Shown here piece after piece: positions 50,901-63,097 of a stretch of 64,000 nt of DNA; positions within the stretch are counted from its first letter, which is position 1, and each line of letters opens with the position of its first letter. Below the pieces are notes generated by a model. The model ran no database searches. It was not told the origin of the DNA and saw only the letters and a list, made by a program, of their open reading frames with translations. This DNA comes from Gekko japonicus. Its lineage: Eukaryota. Position numbers and translations under genes: made by a program. The stretch is taken from positions 1,194,928-1,258,927 of the forward strand of contig NW_015164185.1 in the NCBI RefSeq assembly GCF_001447785.1. The letters are read 5' to 3'.

Positions 50901-53900
50901 ATTCCTCATCTAAAACAATCCTACCTGCTGAAAGTTCATAGCATTGTCACATATAGAACCAAGAAGATGTGAACTGCTTGCTTGTGATTCATGCTTAATA
51001 ACATGGATGTTCTTTCTTGTTTGGGATTTCACCTATAAAACAACAGAAGCCTCACTGTTGGTGATGCCAGCATTTTCCTGTTTATACAGCACAAAATGTG
51101 CTCCAACAGGACATACTGCCAAAGCAGTAAGGTGAAGCAAAGTATTCCTAAGCAAATGCTATGCAGACAAAATAGCCTAGCTAATTGTAGCAAGTGGCCC
51201 ACGTAAGTAACTTTTCAGGAACTTCAAATTTATTTTCTTTACTTATTATTTGTATTTATAGCCCGCCCATCCCGCAAGCGGGCTCAGGGCGGGTAACATT
51301 GTAAAAACAGGACAATGAATACGATTAAAATTAAATAAGTTAGTAATTTAAACAATAATAAACATTAAAACCCAATCACACTTCTGACAGTCACTGGTTG
51401 TATGGTTCTTTAGCAAATTATTTGGGTTAACAGATGGATAGGTGGATAGGTGACAACCACCTCAGGGAGGCCATATAGAGACGTCCGCTGCCTCAGCCAA
51501 AGGCCTGGCAGAAGAGCTTCGTCTTACTGGCCCTGCGGTATTGAAGAAGATCCCGCAGGGCCCTAATCTCGACTGGGAGCATGTTCCACCAGGCAGGGGC
51601 CAGGGCAGAAAAGGCCTTGGCCCTGGTTGAGGTAAGACAGACGTCCTTTGGGCCAGGGACAACCAGATGTTTATCCATGCAGCGTGAGCGTAATGCTCTT
51701 CGGGGCATATATGGAAAGAGGCGGTCCCTCCGATATGTGGGTCCCAGGCAGTATAAAGCTTTGAAGGTAATTACCAGCACCTTGAAGCGAATCCAGAAGT
51801 CAACTGGCAACCAATACAATTGGCAGAGCACCTGCCGGATGTGAGCCTTCAGAGACGTCGATGTCAGCAGGCACACTGCCACATTTTGCACCAGCTGTAA
51901 TTTCTGGGTCAGCCTCAAGGGTCAGCCTACACAGAGCCAGTTGCAGTAATCATGCAACTTGCTCTATGTAGTGACCATTGCATGGATCACTGTAGCTAAG
52001 TCCTGTGGGGAGAGATATGGTCTCAGCAGCCTTATCTGCCTAAGATGGAAACATGCAGATCTGGCGACTGCAGTAACCTGGGCCTCCACAGAGAGAGAGG
52101 CATCCAGTATTACTCCTGAACTCCTCACTTTCTAGGCCGGTACCAAAGGCACCCCCTTCCAGTGCGAGGAGTCTGCTACCCACATCCAAACACCCCCAAA
52201 CCAGGTACAGGACCTCCGTCTTCGATGGATTAAGCTTCGGCCGGCTCTCCTGCAACCATCCAGCCACAGCCTCCAGAGCCTCAGCCAGAGTGTCAGGGGC
52301 AGAAGATGGATGGCCATCCATTAACAGGTAGAGCTGGGTGTCATCCGCATATTGATGGCAACCCAGCCCATAACTCCTGGCTAACTGGGTGAGGGGATGT
52401 TAAATAGCATTGGCGAGAGGATCGCCCCTTGCGGCACTCCACATCCAAGTGGGTATCGCGAGAAGACCCTCTCACCAAGTGCCACCCTCTGTCCCCGACC
52501 ATGGTGAAAGGAGGAGAACCATTGTAAGCCAGTCCCCCGAACTCCTACGTCGGCGAGGCGGTGGGTCAACAGATCATAGTCGACCGTGTTGAAGGCTGCC
52601 GTTAGATCTAAGAAAAAAAAGGAGGAACACAGCCGCAACACGACGAGACGGTTGCTCTTGAGAGCACCGGCCACTTCTGGGTTTGTTTAAAGGATCTTCC
52701 AATCATTGGAGACCCCCCAATCCCCCGGGGAAGGGGGTATTGGGCAGCTAGAGGCTTGATCCGGTCCCCTGTGCTGTGGCTACTCACGGGGAGAACCAGG
52801 GATTGCCTCCAACGCACAATCAGAAGAGGAGCCCATATCTATGGGCGAAGCCGTTGCTTCCTGTGCTGAGGGGGGGATAAGAAACACTGCCAAATAAGCG
52901 CTTGGACTTATCATGAGTAAAAAACTTTATTTTGGGGCTTAAAGAGAACAAACTGTCAAAACTACAGCCCTGAAAAGATTAAAAGCTTAGGTGGGAGTTT
53001 TCCTCCCTGGCATAAGTGGCCAACGAAAAGAGACAGAGAGAGACAACTTTACTTTCACTTTTCACTACAGGGCAATGCTTTAAGAGAAACTAGTCTAAGT
53101 GAGTGATTATTTTACATGTTGATGGCTAACTGCATATACTGATGGTCTGCAGAGACTGTAGAGACTCTTTTTCAATGCTCTCAATTCTTACCCCAACTGG
53201 GGCAGGGTTTGGAACATTAGGAAACCCTTTACAAAAAATTTTGGGGGGTCTCAGAAAAATAAAATAAAATAGATTGGGAAAAAAATAATAAAGGAGACTA
53301 CCACTATAAATGAACTATTAACTGAAAGAGATTCCAGGGAAAAGCTGCAACTTTATTAATGTGGAGCACCAACTAATTGCTTGAAAAATTGCCCCCCCAT
53401 AGACATTTGGACTTTGAATTAACAACAGGCTGGAGGGGTGTTGTGAGTGATATTGACCTTGAGATGCATATTTGTGGAGATAAACTCTAAACAATCAACT
53501 TGGCTATTAAAAACAAGATCTGGGCAGTCAGCCAAAGACTTTTGGTGTTCCAAAACAATTGTTAAGAAAAGAAAATAAGTATTGGAGCTAAAGGGAAATA
53601 AAAATTTTGGGCAATTAACCCAATAGATCTACTTAACGTGTCTTCAAGATGGCAGGTCAAGCAACGCAAATTAAAACAATTAAAACACCAGCTCCTTCAC
53701 CAAGAATTTCTGGCTCTACCACTTCTACATTTTCAGCGCCTGCACAAAAGGGATGCAGGCGTTGGTCCAAGCGACTATTTTAAGTTCAATTAGTGATGCA
53801 GTTGAACCAATCAAAATCACAATGGAGGAAATTCTGAATTTCATTACGGAAACAGTAGATCCCATTAAGAACGCGATGAAATAACTGAAAAATTTTCTAC

Positions 53901-56227
53901 AAGTATGCAGGCACTTCAAAAACAAATAACAGACAATACTCAAAAGATTACTGAACTGAATACCACAACAGAAAAAATAGAAGTCAAAACAAAAGAAATG
54001 GAGACTAAGATTCGAGACACAGAAGCGAGACAATCTACTTTGAAGCAAGATGTCACGAGACTTCAGGCTGAAAGGGCTGCCTTTGTATTAAGATTCCAAA
54101 ATGTGCCTGAAGAAAAGAATGAAGACCTTCCTTACAAAATGGCGAAACTATTAGCTGAACATATGAACATGGAAGAAGTGGAGAAGATTACTCAAGAAAT
54201 TGATGTTGCTTTTAGAATGAATTCAGCATATACAAGGAGATTTCAATTACCAAGAGAGGTCCAAATTCGCTTTCACAAGAGGACAGTCAGAAACAAGATA
54301 TTGAGAAGTGAATGCATCACCATTCATGATGGCTAAGACAGAAATTAATGTCTTAAAAGAAATTCCTTGGAGAGTCAGAGTCAGAGAGAAGATTTGACAA
54401 CATTTAGGAATTATGATGACAAATAAATGCAGTGCATTACAAGAAAACAACTTGTAAGAACTGCTGAAGATAACCAAGCAAGATTTAGAAAAATGGAAAA
54501 ACTTAGATATCTTTAATAGGCCAAATTGCCTTAATTAAAATGAATGTACTTCCAAGATGGACTTTCCTGTTCCAGACAATTCCTATCCTAGAAAATCTTC
54601 AAAGATCTGGATCAGTTGGTATCGAAATTTATATGGCAAGGGAAGCACCCCAGAATAAGACTGAAGGCCTTACAAGACTTTAAAGAAAGGGGAGGTTTTG
54701 GACTACCCAACTGGACGTTATAGTATAGAGCTGTGGCACTGGCTTGGATTAAAGAATGGGTCATTTTAGATGACCAGAGAATATTAAAGTTGGACGGTCA
54801 TGATTTGATGCTGGGATAGCATGCGGTTTTATGGTATGGGAAGGCAGGTACGCAAAAGTACTTTAAGCAACATTGGTTTCGAGTATCTTTATTGATACAA
54901 AATTGATCACTCCTTTGGAAGCTATTACGCTATCGAATATTTATAAGGAGGAGGAAACCAAGAAGATACCAGGATATCCTGGATTCCAAAGATGAACTGA
55001 AACCGTTAAAGGACTTATCGTGGTGGCAAAGAGCCCGAATAGAATCCAGATATGCTAAAGATAAGAAAATAGGCTTTTATGACAACTTATTAGAGATTGA
55101 AAAGATCATGACAACTACTGATCAAAAACTTACTAAAAGGATCTACACGCTTCCACTTAATGATATTATGGTGGAGGAAACAGTTAAAGGACATATGATC
55201 CAATGGGCTCAGAATATAGGTCATAATATCGACCTGGAACAATGGGATCAAATGTGGAAGAAAAATATAAAAATTACAAAGGCTATAGCTTATAAAGAAA
55301 ATATGTATAAAATGTTCTATAGGTGGTATATAACACCAGAACGGTTAGCGAAATATGATAACAAATGTTCAAATAAGTGTTGGAAATGTGAAAAGAAGGT
55401 GGGTTCGTTTTACCATATGTCGTGGCTGCCGTTAGTTCTAATAAAAACAGCAGCACCGCACCGCCCCGATCCAGCTGCCTACAGAGATCATCTGTACGGG
55501 CGACCAGAGCCGTCTCTGTCCTATGGCCAGGGCGGAAGCTGGACTGGAACAGATCAAGGATGGAAGCATCCTCCAGGAAAACTTGGAGTTGTTCGGGTAC
55601 TGCTCTCTCAACTACCTTACCCAGAAATGGCAAATTTAATACTGGGCAGTAGTTGGCCAGGACCGCAGGGCCCAATGATGGCTTTTTCAAGAGCGGACGA
55701 ACTACTGCCTTCTTCAGAGACCCTGGGAAAGTCCCAGAGGAGACGGACAAGTTGACAATTTCCCCCAAGGGAACCTGAATGCTCTCCCCACAGGCTTTCA
55801 CCAGCCAGGAAGGGCAAGGGTCAAGGAGACAGGTAGTAAGCCTCACTGCTGCCAAGATCCTGTCAACTTCCTCCTGGAAGAGCTGGTCAAAGTGGTCCAA
55901 TATTGAACCTGAAGACAGACAAGGGCTTCCAGTCCCTTTACTGTCTCAATTGCGGTCGGGAGGTCCTGGTGGAGTGTCACGATCTTATCTGTGAAATAGC
56001 TTGCAAATGCCTCACAGCCAATACCCAATTCCCTACTATTTGGTCTGCCCTGTGGCAGAATCGTGATTGACCGAATCGTTCTAAATAATTGGGCTGGTCG
56101 CGAACTCGCAGACGCAATGGAGGCCGCATAGAAATCCTTCTTAACGGCTTTCACTGCCATTGAACCAAATATAGCATAATGGCTGTATTCAGAAATCCTA
56201 AAGAAACTCTGTCAACTGCCAAGTAAA

Positions 56228-56266
<39 letters not shown>

Positions 56267-58886
56267 GTGTACATTTCACAAAAATGTAACCCATAGTAAT
56301 GGTCACATGAATTGTTTCCATTTGATACAGTGAAGTGGAAATAACAGAGAAAACGAAAAGTGTTATTGGTTTCTTTTTTGCAGGGGTTATTTATTATGCA
56401 GCAACTTTACTGGTATAAGATCAGTTTAGGAGAGTTATCTTTTGCTTTGTGCAACGATAAACACAGCATTTCAGTCAGATTATGATAAGGAAAAAAGCTT
56501 AGCCTGCATATTTGGAATTTGTCAAAATATCAGAAGCTTCTACCAGCTAGGACAGGTTTCATTTACAACTGTAAGAATTACATCCTCCAAAATGCACTGT
56601 AACATTAAAGAACCGTATTTGTTCCTCTTGAATATAATAATAAAAGATACCTTATTCATGTTACTTAATTCTTTGTGTTTTTTATGGACCAAACTAATAA
56701 TTTCACAAACAATCTGCATTTTTCTTTCTGCAAAGCCGTACTGGAGAAACTGGTGTTTTGTTAAGACTGGTTTATATTGAAAATGATCCCGGAGAAGCTG
56801 TAAAGCACATTGGGGGGGGGGGGAGAATTAGCTTTCATAATCACTACAAATATGTGTCATACTGACATTTTCTTTCTTTTTTATTAATTTTATTATACAA
56901 TTACAAACAATTTAAAAAGAAAACAAAGTTGCATCAACAGAATACAAAAAATCAAAACAACACATTAGCTAAAAGGGATTACACTGGGGATCATAGCCGA
57001 TAATGAATATATTGGTTGGTAGTAATCTAACAACCTCAGCATAGGAACATAAAAGTCAACAACTAGGACATAAACAGCCAAGTACTAAAACATTATAATT
57101 ATGTCAGAAGGTTTTATTGGCATCTGGTGCCACTATTGTAAGCCGCCCTGAGCCCGCTCGCAGGGAGGGCAGGGTATAAATTGAATAAATAAATAAACAA
57201 ACAATTTTTTTATATTCAACACTGTTAGGAATGATTTCACATGAGGCAAAATATGTCAAGACTGGGAACCAGATCTCTGTAAAATCGGAGATATCTCCCC
57301 TTAACATGTTATGTTTGTGACTTTCTGCTATTTTACCCATTATGAATTGGTCCCGTATTTTCTCAAATTATAAAGACATTGATGGAACTTTCTTGGAACG
57401 CCACTTTGAGGCTATTGCAATTTGCACTGCTGCTAACAGCAAGCAAACAAGGGACCACTTTGTGGGACTATATGTTCAATTTTTCCAGTGCTGCAATAAA
57501 AGGACTTCTGGTTTAAAAGGTAAGTCAATCGAAGTTATATTCTTTATATGGAACACTATTTTTTCCAGTATAATTGAACCTGCCTACAAGACCACCAACA
57601 ATATACTGACATTTTCAATTCCTGATTACTGTTGTCATCACATGCTGTATTTTGTGGCAATATGTCATATAAATCATTCACTAGAGGCAGGGATAGTGAA
57701 TAATTTTTTTAAAAATCTACTATACCTCAACGCATGCGTATATATCCATAACAATAATCAGAAACATTCCACTTCTGTCTATTCAATATATCTGATGAAC
57801 TGCTGTCTACAAAGGTTCATACCAATGAAGAGCATGGCACTAGAATGTTTAAACTGGTGTGCAGTCCTAATGTAGTTTTGAACATTTTTGTTAGGATGAG
57901 ACACGTAGCAGCATTTCCTTAGTGTACTTGATCTATCTTCCTCTTATGTACTTTTTTATAGATACCTTATAAGTGGCTTCAATAAAGCGCAAATCATTCT
58001 TTGCCGTAAGTTCCACATCCAGTTCCACCAGAAGTTCCATTATATGTGTTGAGAAAGATGTGAAGCAGTAGCTGATGATGGGCAAAAATGCAGATGAATC
58101 ACCTTTTGCTAATCTATTGTGGGGAAAAGATAAGGTAGTAAAGATGCAGAGAATGTTAGACCCTGCCACACCAGTGAAAATGAACATCTATTCATAACTG
58201 AAAGACTAGCAGTCTTTAAGAGGCAGCCGGACAAACACATGTCAGGGATGCTCTAGGCTAATCCTGCATTGAGCAGGGGGTTGGACTAGATAGCCTGTAT
58301 GGCCCCTTCCAACTCTGTGATTCTAGGATTCTACTATATTGCTATTTACTCTCACATTTGAAGGGGGCTTTAAGCCCGCAAAGCACATTCCAATGATCAT
58401 GTTACCATATCAGTGTGAGACTGCTTAGTATCACTAACTGGTACCTATTTTAATTTAATTTAAAAACCACCGGAAATGGAGGCAGCACTATTTTTAATAA
58501 GAGCCTTCCCAAACAAGGACAATTTGTTCCCCAGATTCAGCCACCTTGAACCACAAGGAAAGGTAGGGTATAATGTTTTAATACCTTAATAAATATGAAG
58601 CACTCAACATCCTTCACAAACAGCTAATTTTTATCTAGTATACATAAAATGTATATACTTTCTCTGCTAGCTTTGTTGTACATTTCCATAGCTTTTTCAT
58701 ACTGGTCTATTCCATTATAATACCTGCAGACACCTTTCCCATTAAATTCTATGAAGCCAAAGAAAATGTGTATCAAATATAATATGCCAACACTTACCCA
58801 GTATAATCCACATCTCTGGAATAGTTTAAAAGTCGAAGTCCTTGTTCTATTCTACGCAAATTTCCTTTAAGGTCTCCCGTTGCCAT
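44856..58886 (-). CDS. CEP44: Centrosomal protein 44, full spliced CDS (10 coding exons, 1104 nt, 367 aa)
   Basis: Manual splicing gives [58 protein letters not shown]...[31 protein letters not shown]...[22 protein letters not shown]...SSGYSS...[28 protein letters not shown], matching vertebrate CEP44. Exon lengths 89+148+147+108+111+213+76+125+38+49; all introns GT-AG; phases consistent. Confidence 0.96.
45491..45528 (-). CDS. CEP44: CEP44 coding exon 9
   Basis: aaattgcag|[14 protein letters not shown]|gtaagt; 38 nt. Confidence 0.93.
45750..45874 (-). CDS. CEP44: CEP44 coding exon 8
   Basis: cttcttcacag|(D)[41 protein letters not shown]|gtcagt; 125 nt. Confidence 0.93.
47165..47240 (-). 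CDS. CEP44: CEP44 coding exon 7
   Basis: cttcaattttag|[26 protein letters not shown]|gtgagt; 76 nt. Confidence 0.9.
48334..48546 (-). CDS. CEP44: CEP44 coding exon 6 (coiled coil)
   Basis: ttatttgcag|[71 protein letters not shown]|gtacat. Confidence 0.95.
49584..49694 (-). CDS. CEP44: CEP44 coding exon 5
   Basis: tttacatgcaaag|[37 protein letters not shown]|gtaagg; 111 nt. Confidence 0.85.
50925..51032 (-). CDS. CEP44: CEP44 coding exon 4
   Basis: tgttgttttatag|[36 protein letters not shown]|gtagga; 108 nt, phase 0-0. Confidence 0.85.
51238..52617 (-). mobile_element. L2 LINE, 3' part (RT C-half and tail)
   Basis: [11 protein letters not shown]...[30 protein letters not shown]; L2-type 3' end with (TAAA)n-like tail. 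Confidence 0.9.
52618..55423 (+). mobile_element. L1 LINE with 5'UTR, degraded ORF1, internal deletion, ORF2 C-terminus, no poly-A
   Basis: ORF1 ATG at 53649 and LRFQNVPEE...PREVQIRF; ORF2 KMNVLPR...GGFGLPN...CWKC...HM; flanked by a ~24-bp duplication. Confidence 0.88.
55424..56160 (-). mobile_element. L2 LINE, 5' part of the same copy
   Basis: [14 protein letters not shown]...[12 protein letters not shown]...[12 protein letters not shown]...LLELTAA; joins the 52617 end. Confidence 0.9.
56651..56797 (-). CDS. CEP44: CEP44 coding exon 3
   Basis: gctttacag|[49 protein letters not shown]|gtatc. Confidence 0.95.
56870..57610 (-). mobile_element. Old L1 ORF2 3' fragment with an L2-type 3' tail inserted at ~57135-57200
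   Basis: Minus frame [14 protein letters not shown]...[20 protein letters not shown]; T-rich tail at 56870. Confidence 0.6.
57966..58113 (-). CDS. CEP44: CEP44 coding exon 2
   Basis: ttccccacaatag|A TTA GCA...; [49 protein letters not shown]|gtatc. Confidence 0.95.
58214..58334 (+). mobile_element. CR1 3' end
   Basis: Same as 13637-13750. Confidence 0.85.
58798..58886 (-). CDS. CEP44: CEP44 coding exon 1 (exon begins at 58928, includes 5'UTR)
   Basis: ATG at 58886; [30 protein letters not shown]; donor GG|gtaagt; upstream acceptor ctccattctag. Confidence 0.95.
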
Positions 58887-59258
58887 ATTATAATCCTTTC
58901 AGATCACAGAGAGTGTTTTAAATGCGGACTAGAATGGAGAAGTGCAATTTAAAATCAAATGCAAGATTTGGCCCAAGCAGTCTCCTGATACATAACAGTT
59001 TTAATAAAAGTTTAATGGACAAAACAACTGAAGCCTCATGGTATGAAAAATCCTATCCACTTCCTATATGATAGCAACAATATTGACACATGATATATTT
59101 TCTATTAAACAATGTTTAGATGCTTTGTGAAATCTAGAGAGACATCTTGCAAACACCACTTTGGACTCTGGAAAAACTGGCACTTAAAGCACACTCATCT
59201 AAGAAAAAGTTTCATTGGTCTCAGTGGGATTTACTTCTGAGACAACTTATACTATAGA

Positions 59259-59572
59259 CAGGGGTCTTGTTGTAGAAAAAGAGCTGCCGGAGCTCATTAG
59301 CATAACTCAATAGCATAACTTATTTGCATATGCCACGCCCCCTGACATCACCGGAAGTGACAGAAGGCCACACCCCCTGACATCACCGGAAGTGTGTCAG
59401 AAGGCCCGGCTACTTACCCTCCTGCTTCATCCTCATTCCCAAACAGAATGAGGATCGAAGCAGAGGGCGGGGTAAAGAAGGGGGCGGGGCTTCACCACGT
59501 GACCGCCCCGCCCCCTAGAGGTTCTCTTCCGGAGCTCCGTACCTGAGAGCTCCCCCCCCGACTAGAGCCCTG
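59259..59572. mobile_element. hAT-type MITE upstream of the first CEP44 coding exon
   Basis: caggggtc/gagccctg ends; perfect 8-bp TSD actataga; CpG-rich. Confidence 0.88.
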
Positions 59573-60442
59573 ACTATAGAGATATATTCAACTGCTAAAA
59601 GAGACCTGTGTCACCCCCATAGTGCTAGGGAGACATGTATTTAATAAGTAGGTGACGATGAATGGAAGATGACCCTCCCTAAAATTATACAACATGTTTT
59701 GTTAACTGGACAGCCTATAACTTGTACGCTAATATAAAACAACTCCCTCTTGTTTTTGTGTAACATACCTTGGGAAAAACTTAGTCTTACACTGGAGTAA
59801 ATAGTGTAATGAACTTTCATGTTCTGAAAGATAAGAGTGGTCATATTTTCCTTCCCTGTTCCACCACCATGTAATCCAACTAAATCAGCAACACATCCTG
59901 TATTCCTGATTAAGATTTTACAAACACAGCCTTGAAGCCTATCTCTCATCCCAATACATATTTCACTGCTCCCCCCTTATTATTGTACTTAATATCTAAT
60001 GTTAAGCACTGCCAGATTCAAAATGCACACTGTCCATTGATATTTTGGCTGGATCTAATTTAAGAAGTGTTTTACACTGCTGCTGCATCCAGAATTTTTG
60101 TATGGGTCAACAGCAACAAATAAACTTTGAGATGCCTTATGGATGTTCTTTATACGCTCATGGTATAATCTACGTGTCAGCCTTTAAAGTGGCCATAAAC
60201 TCTTTACTGTTTTGGCTGCAACTGACTACCACAGCTGCCCCTCTGGAATCCACCTCTAGGAGCTGAAACATCCCCCCCCCAAAAAAAAAAATCCTGCACA
60301 CGTTGAAAGCTTGCATACTTTTATTTTAACTGCATACTTTTTCTTTAAAAAAGCATCACACGGCTTTTGTGTTTGGAGTTTGCTCTAGACTCCCTGGAAC
60401 CTCTGCCATTATTCCATTAGTATCATCTCCACAACATCTTAC

Positions 60443-60548
60443 CCTGGATATGCCTGAAGCAACCGCCTTTTCCTGGGGCTGAAACTTCTCCGATTTGTAT
60501 GAACCTCCGTTCAGCCACCACGGCAACGCCAGAAATTACGCAAAGTTC
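60443..60548 (-). other. CEP44: Putative CEP44 5'UTR exon
   Basis: Strong donor CAGG|gtaaga at 60442 at the edge of the CpG island; 5' boundary uncertain. Confidence 0.45.
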
Positions 60549-61330
60549 CTAACAGCAGGTTTACTTGTGTCCGCCAAGACAGCCCCGTCTCCTCAAGGTG
60601 GGCTTTCCACGCTACGCAGACCTGTCTCTAGCCCCGCCCCTCCGCCCCTCCCCCCTGCGGGTGGCTTCGGTTTTTGCCCTCTCTCCTATTTGGCGGCTGT
60701 TTGAGCCCTCCCGCGGGAATCCCAGCAGTCTTTCGCTTCAAATGAACAGATTCTTCAGCTTTTTGATCCCTCTTCTCCCCACCCCGCAAACGCAACCCTT
60801 TAGCCTCAGCTCTCACAACAACATCCTATTTTCCCTCACACGCCCGAAAGGAGCACTTCAGTACTATGAAGCTTGCCCTACTTGGTACCGAATCTGCTGA
60901 TGAAGCGGGTTCCACGAGTAGGAGGACCCTAAACGTCACTTCCGGTAACAATATTTGTGCCTACGGGTGCAGCGGTGACAACAAACGTCAAAACTTCACG
61001 AGTCCGCGCGTGGAAGAGGTGACGACTGATGTTTTTGCGTAGGGACCCGGAAGCCGACCGTCTCCACCAGCTATATGAAGCTGCTTGACCCACTTCTCAT
61101 CCGCTGAGGATCGCGCACCAATTTGAACACGACTCGTCGCGGCGGCGGTCGGGACCGGAGCTAGTGTAGGTAACGAGTGGGACACCCTAACTTTCTGGTC
61201 TGAGTGGAAGTAAGAGGCAGGGGTTCTGACCAATCGTGGTCCTCGGGTGGCGGGCGGCGGGGGGGTGTTCTTATTTGGAGCCAATTGTGAGGGGAGGGAG
61301 CGACTCCGCTGTTTTCTCATCCTAGTGCAG
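60500..61330. promoter_or_regulatory. CpG-island bidirectional promoter (CEP44 minus / plus-strand partner)
   Basis: CpG-rich; GC box 60633; composite ETS/CRE aacgtcacttccggt 60932-60946; ETS ccggaag ~61048; CCAAT boxes ~61230 and ~61281; splice donors point outward on both strands. Confidence 0.8.
61000..61169 (+). other. FBXO8: Putative non-coding first exon of the head-to-head gene, probably FBXO8
   Basis: Donor TAG|gtaacg at 61170 (alternative GAA|gtaaga at 61210). Identity inferred only from the conserved FBXO8-CEP44 head-to-head arrangement; no FBXO8 coding sequence recognised in the window. Confidence 0.45.
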
Positions 61331-61699
61331 TTGGGAACACCTTTAAGGGGGCTTGTCGGCTGAGGGAGTGGTTCGTTGTTCCTGGCCAGTTTTCGCTCCT
61401 GTAATGAGAGAGTCACGTTCTTAACTCTGAGGCAAAACAAGGGGTTTCCCGTGCTCAAGTATAGAACGAGGAGTCTGTTTGTCTCGTTTGTGGGGCATGC
61501 AGTTGGGAAGAGGGAACACGTTCGTTAGTTAGGCCACACTATGCTTATCCGCTGACATCTGGAGCTTTTAAATGTTGCGTGCTATTTACCTCGTCTGTGT
61601 TGCTCAGCATTGTCTGCTCTGACTGCCAGGTAGCCGGAGGTATTTCACAGCACCTGAGATGCCTTTGTTGGAATGGAGATAGTTGAAACCTTCTAAATA

Positions 61700-61870
61700 A
61701 AAATGGGTAGCGGTCTTAGTCTGTAGCAGCAGAAAAGAGTAGCCCCTTAAAGACTAACAAAATATGTGATAGGATATGAGCTTTACTGAGTCACTGCTCA
61801 CTTCTTCAGATATTCAGGCATCTGAAGAAGTGAGCAGTGACTCACAAAAGCTCATACACTTCTAAATAAA
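61700..61870. mobile_element. Penelope-derived inverted hammerhead pair (degenerate)
   Basis: gagctttactgagtcactgctcacttcttcaga / tctgaagaagtgagcagtgactcacaaaagctc. Confidence 0.65.
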
Positions 61871-61940
61871 AACGTGTGTGTAACCATCCCTGCCACTGAA
61901 TGGGTTTGCCTTCAACATAATGCTCTTCCTCCTTTCCTTA

Positions 61941-62138
61941 GTACTCTAATCTGGGAGAACCAGGTTTGATTCTCCACTCCTCCACTTGCAGCTGCTGGAT
62001 GACCCTGGGCAAGCCATAGTTCTGCCACAGCTGTTCTTGAAAAAGAGTAGTTTCTTTCTCAGCTCTCCCAGCCCCACCTACCTCACAGGGTGTCTTGTGG
62101 GGAGGGGAAGGGAAAGGAGTTTGTAAGCTGCTCTGAGA
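61941..62138 (+). mobile_element. Squam3-like SINE, truncated
   Basis: Same family as 7697-7980. Confidence 0.75.
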
Positions 62139-62532
62139 AATTTTGTTTTATTTTGAGACAGCTTTTTTAAATGACAGAACCTCAGCCTTTCCAGAGTGTT
62201 TCTAAAGGTGAAGATGGAAGATCACATCCATTTGCTTTAAAGCAGCTACATAAGTTGACTGCAACTTGGTGGCCCCTTCTACCACCACCACAGGGTTTCT
62301 TATTCACAATCACTAATTACTGTTAGACTTTCATAATTGTGCCCATCATGAAGCTGTATGCAAGTCACTTTGCTGTACCTTGGCATGATTTGCATCAATC
62401 AGGAACAGACTGGATAATTATGTCATACTGCTGTGAGACATTTCTGCTTTAAGAATCGTTTTAAAAAGTGCATGGGTAACAAGAAAGCAAATATTCCACA
62501 TGCAATAGAATTACATCCTAGATGTTTAACTC

Positions 62533-63097
62533 AGGCCCCGGTCACACGGCAAAGTTGCCGTGGGAGAGACATGGATGGTGGGCGGATTATCCGGGCGCGA
62601 TCACACCCCAACATCTGGGAAGTGGAGCGCACCCATGGCTAGCAGTTCGAAAGCAAGAAATTGCAAGTAGATAAATAGGTACCACTTCAGTGGGAAGGTA
62701 ACAGCGTTCCGTGCCCCTTGGTGTTTAGTCATGCCGGCCACATGACCACGGAAATGTCTTCGGACAGCGCTGGCTCTTCGGCTTTGAAACGGAGATGAGC
62801 ACCGCAACCCTAGAGTCGGATTCGCCTGGCTTTCGAGCAAGGGAACCTCTACCTTTACCTTTTTACCTCCATGGTACTAGTAAATGTTTGCCACGGGCTG
62901 CCTCCAGACGCCCGTGGTGTGATCGCGCCGGTGCACGGCATTCCCCTCTGGTCCCTCGTTTACCCGCCGGCGCCGAGGGAAGGACCGGTGGTGTGCCACC
63001 AGCGCGTCTGATCACGTAATCACAGATCAAACTGCGCCGGGGCAATTAGCCACGCCCCCCCCCCCCCCTCGATATCCGGCCCGTGTGACCAGGGCCT
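62533..63097. mobile_element. MITE with AGGCCC..CACACGG TIRs (PIF/Harbinger-like), containing a Sauria SINE
   Basis: TIR aggccccggtcacacgg/ccgtgtgaccagggcct; related copy at ~7300-8079. Confidence 0.65.
62638..62868 (+). mobile_element. Sauria SINE, 5'-truncated
   Basis: ttcgaaagcaagaaattgcaagtagataaataggtacc...acctttacct tail. Confidence 0.85.

Noticed and set aside
55108-55755. 215-aa ORF
   Set aside because: Chimera of the L1 ORF2 end and antisense L2 sequence across an insertion junction
57342-57875. 177-aa plus-strand ORF in a CEP44 intron
   Set aside because: Largely antisense to a decayed L1 ORF2 fragment; no recognisable protein
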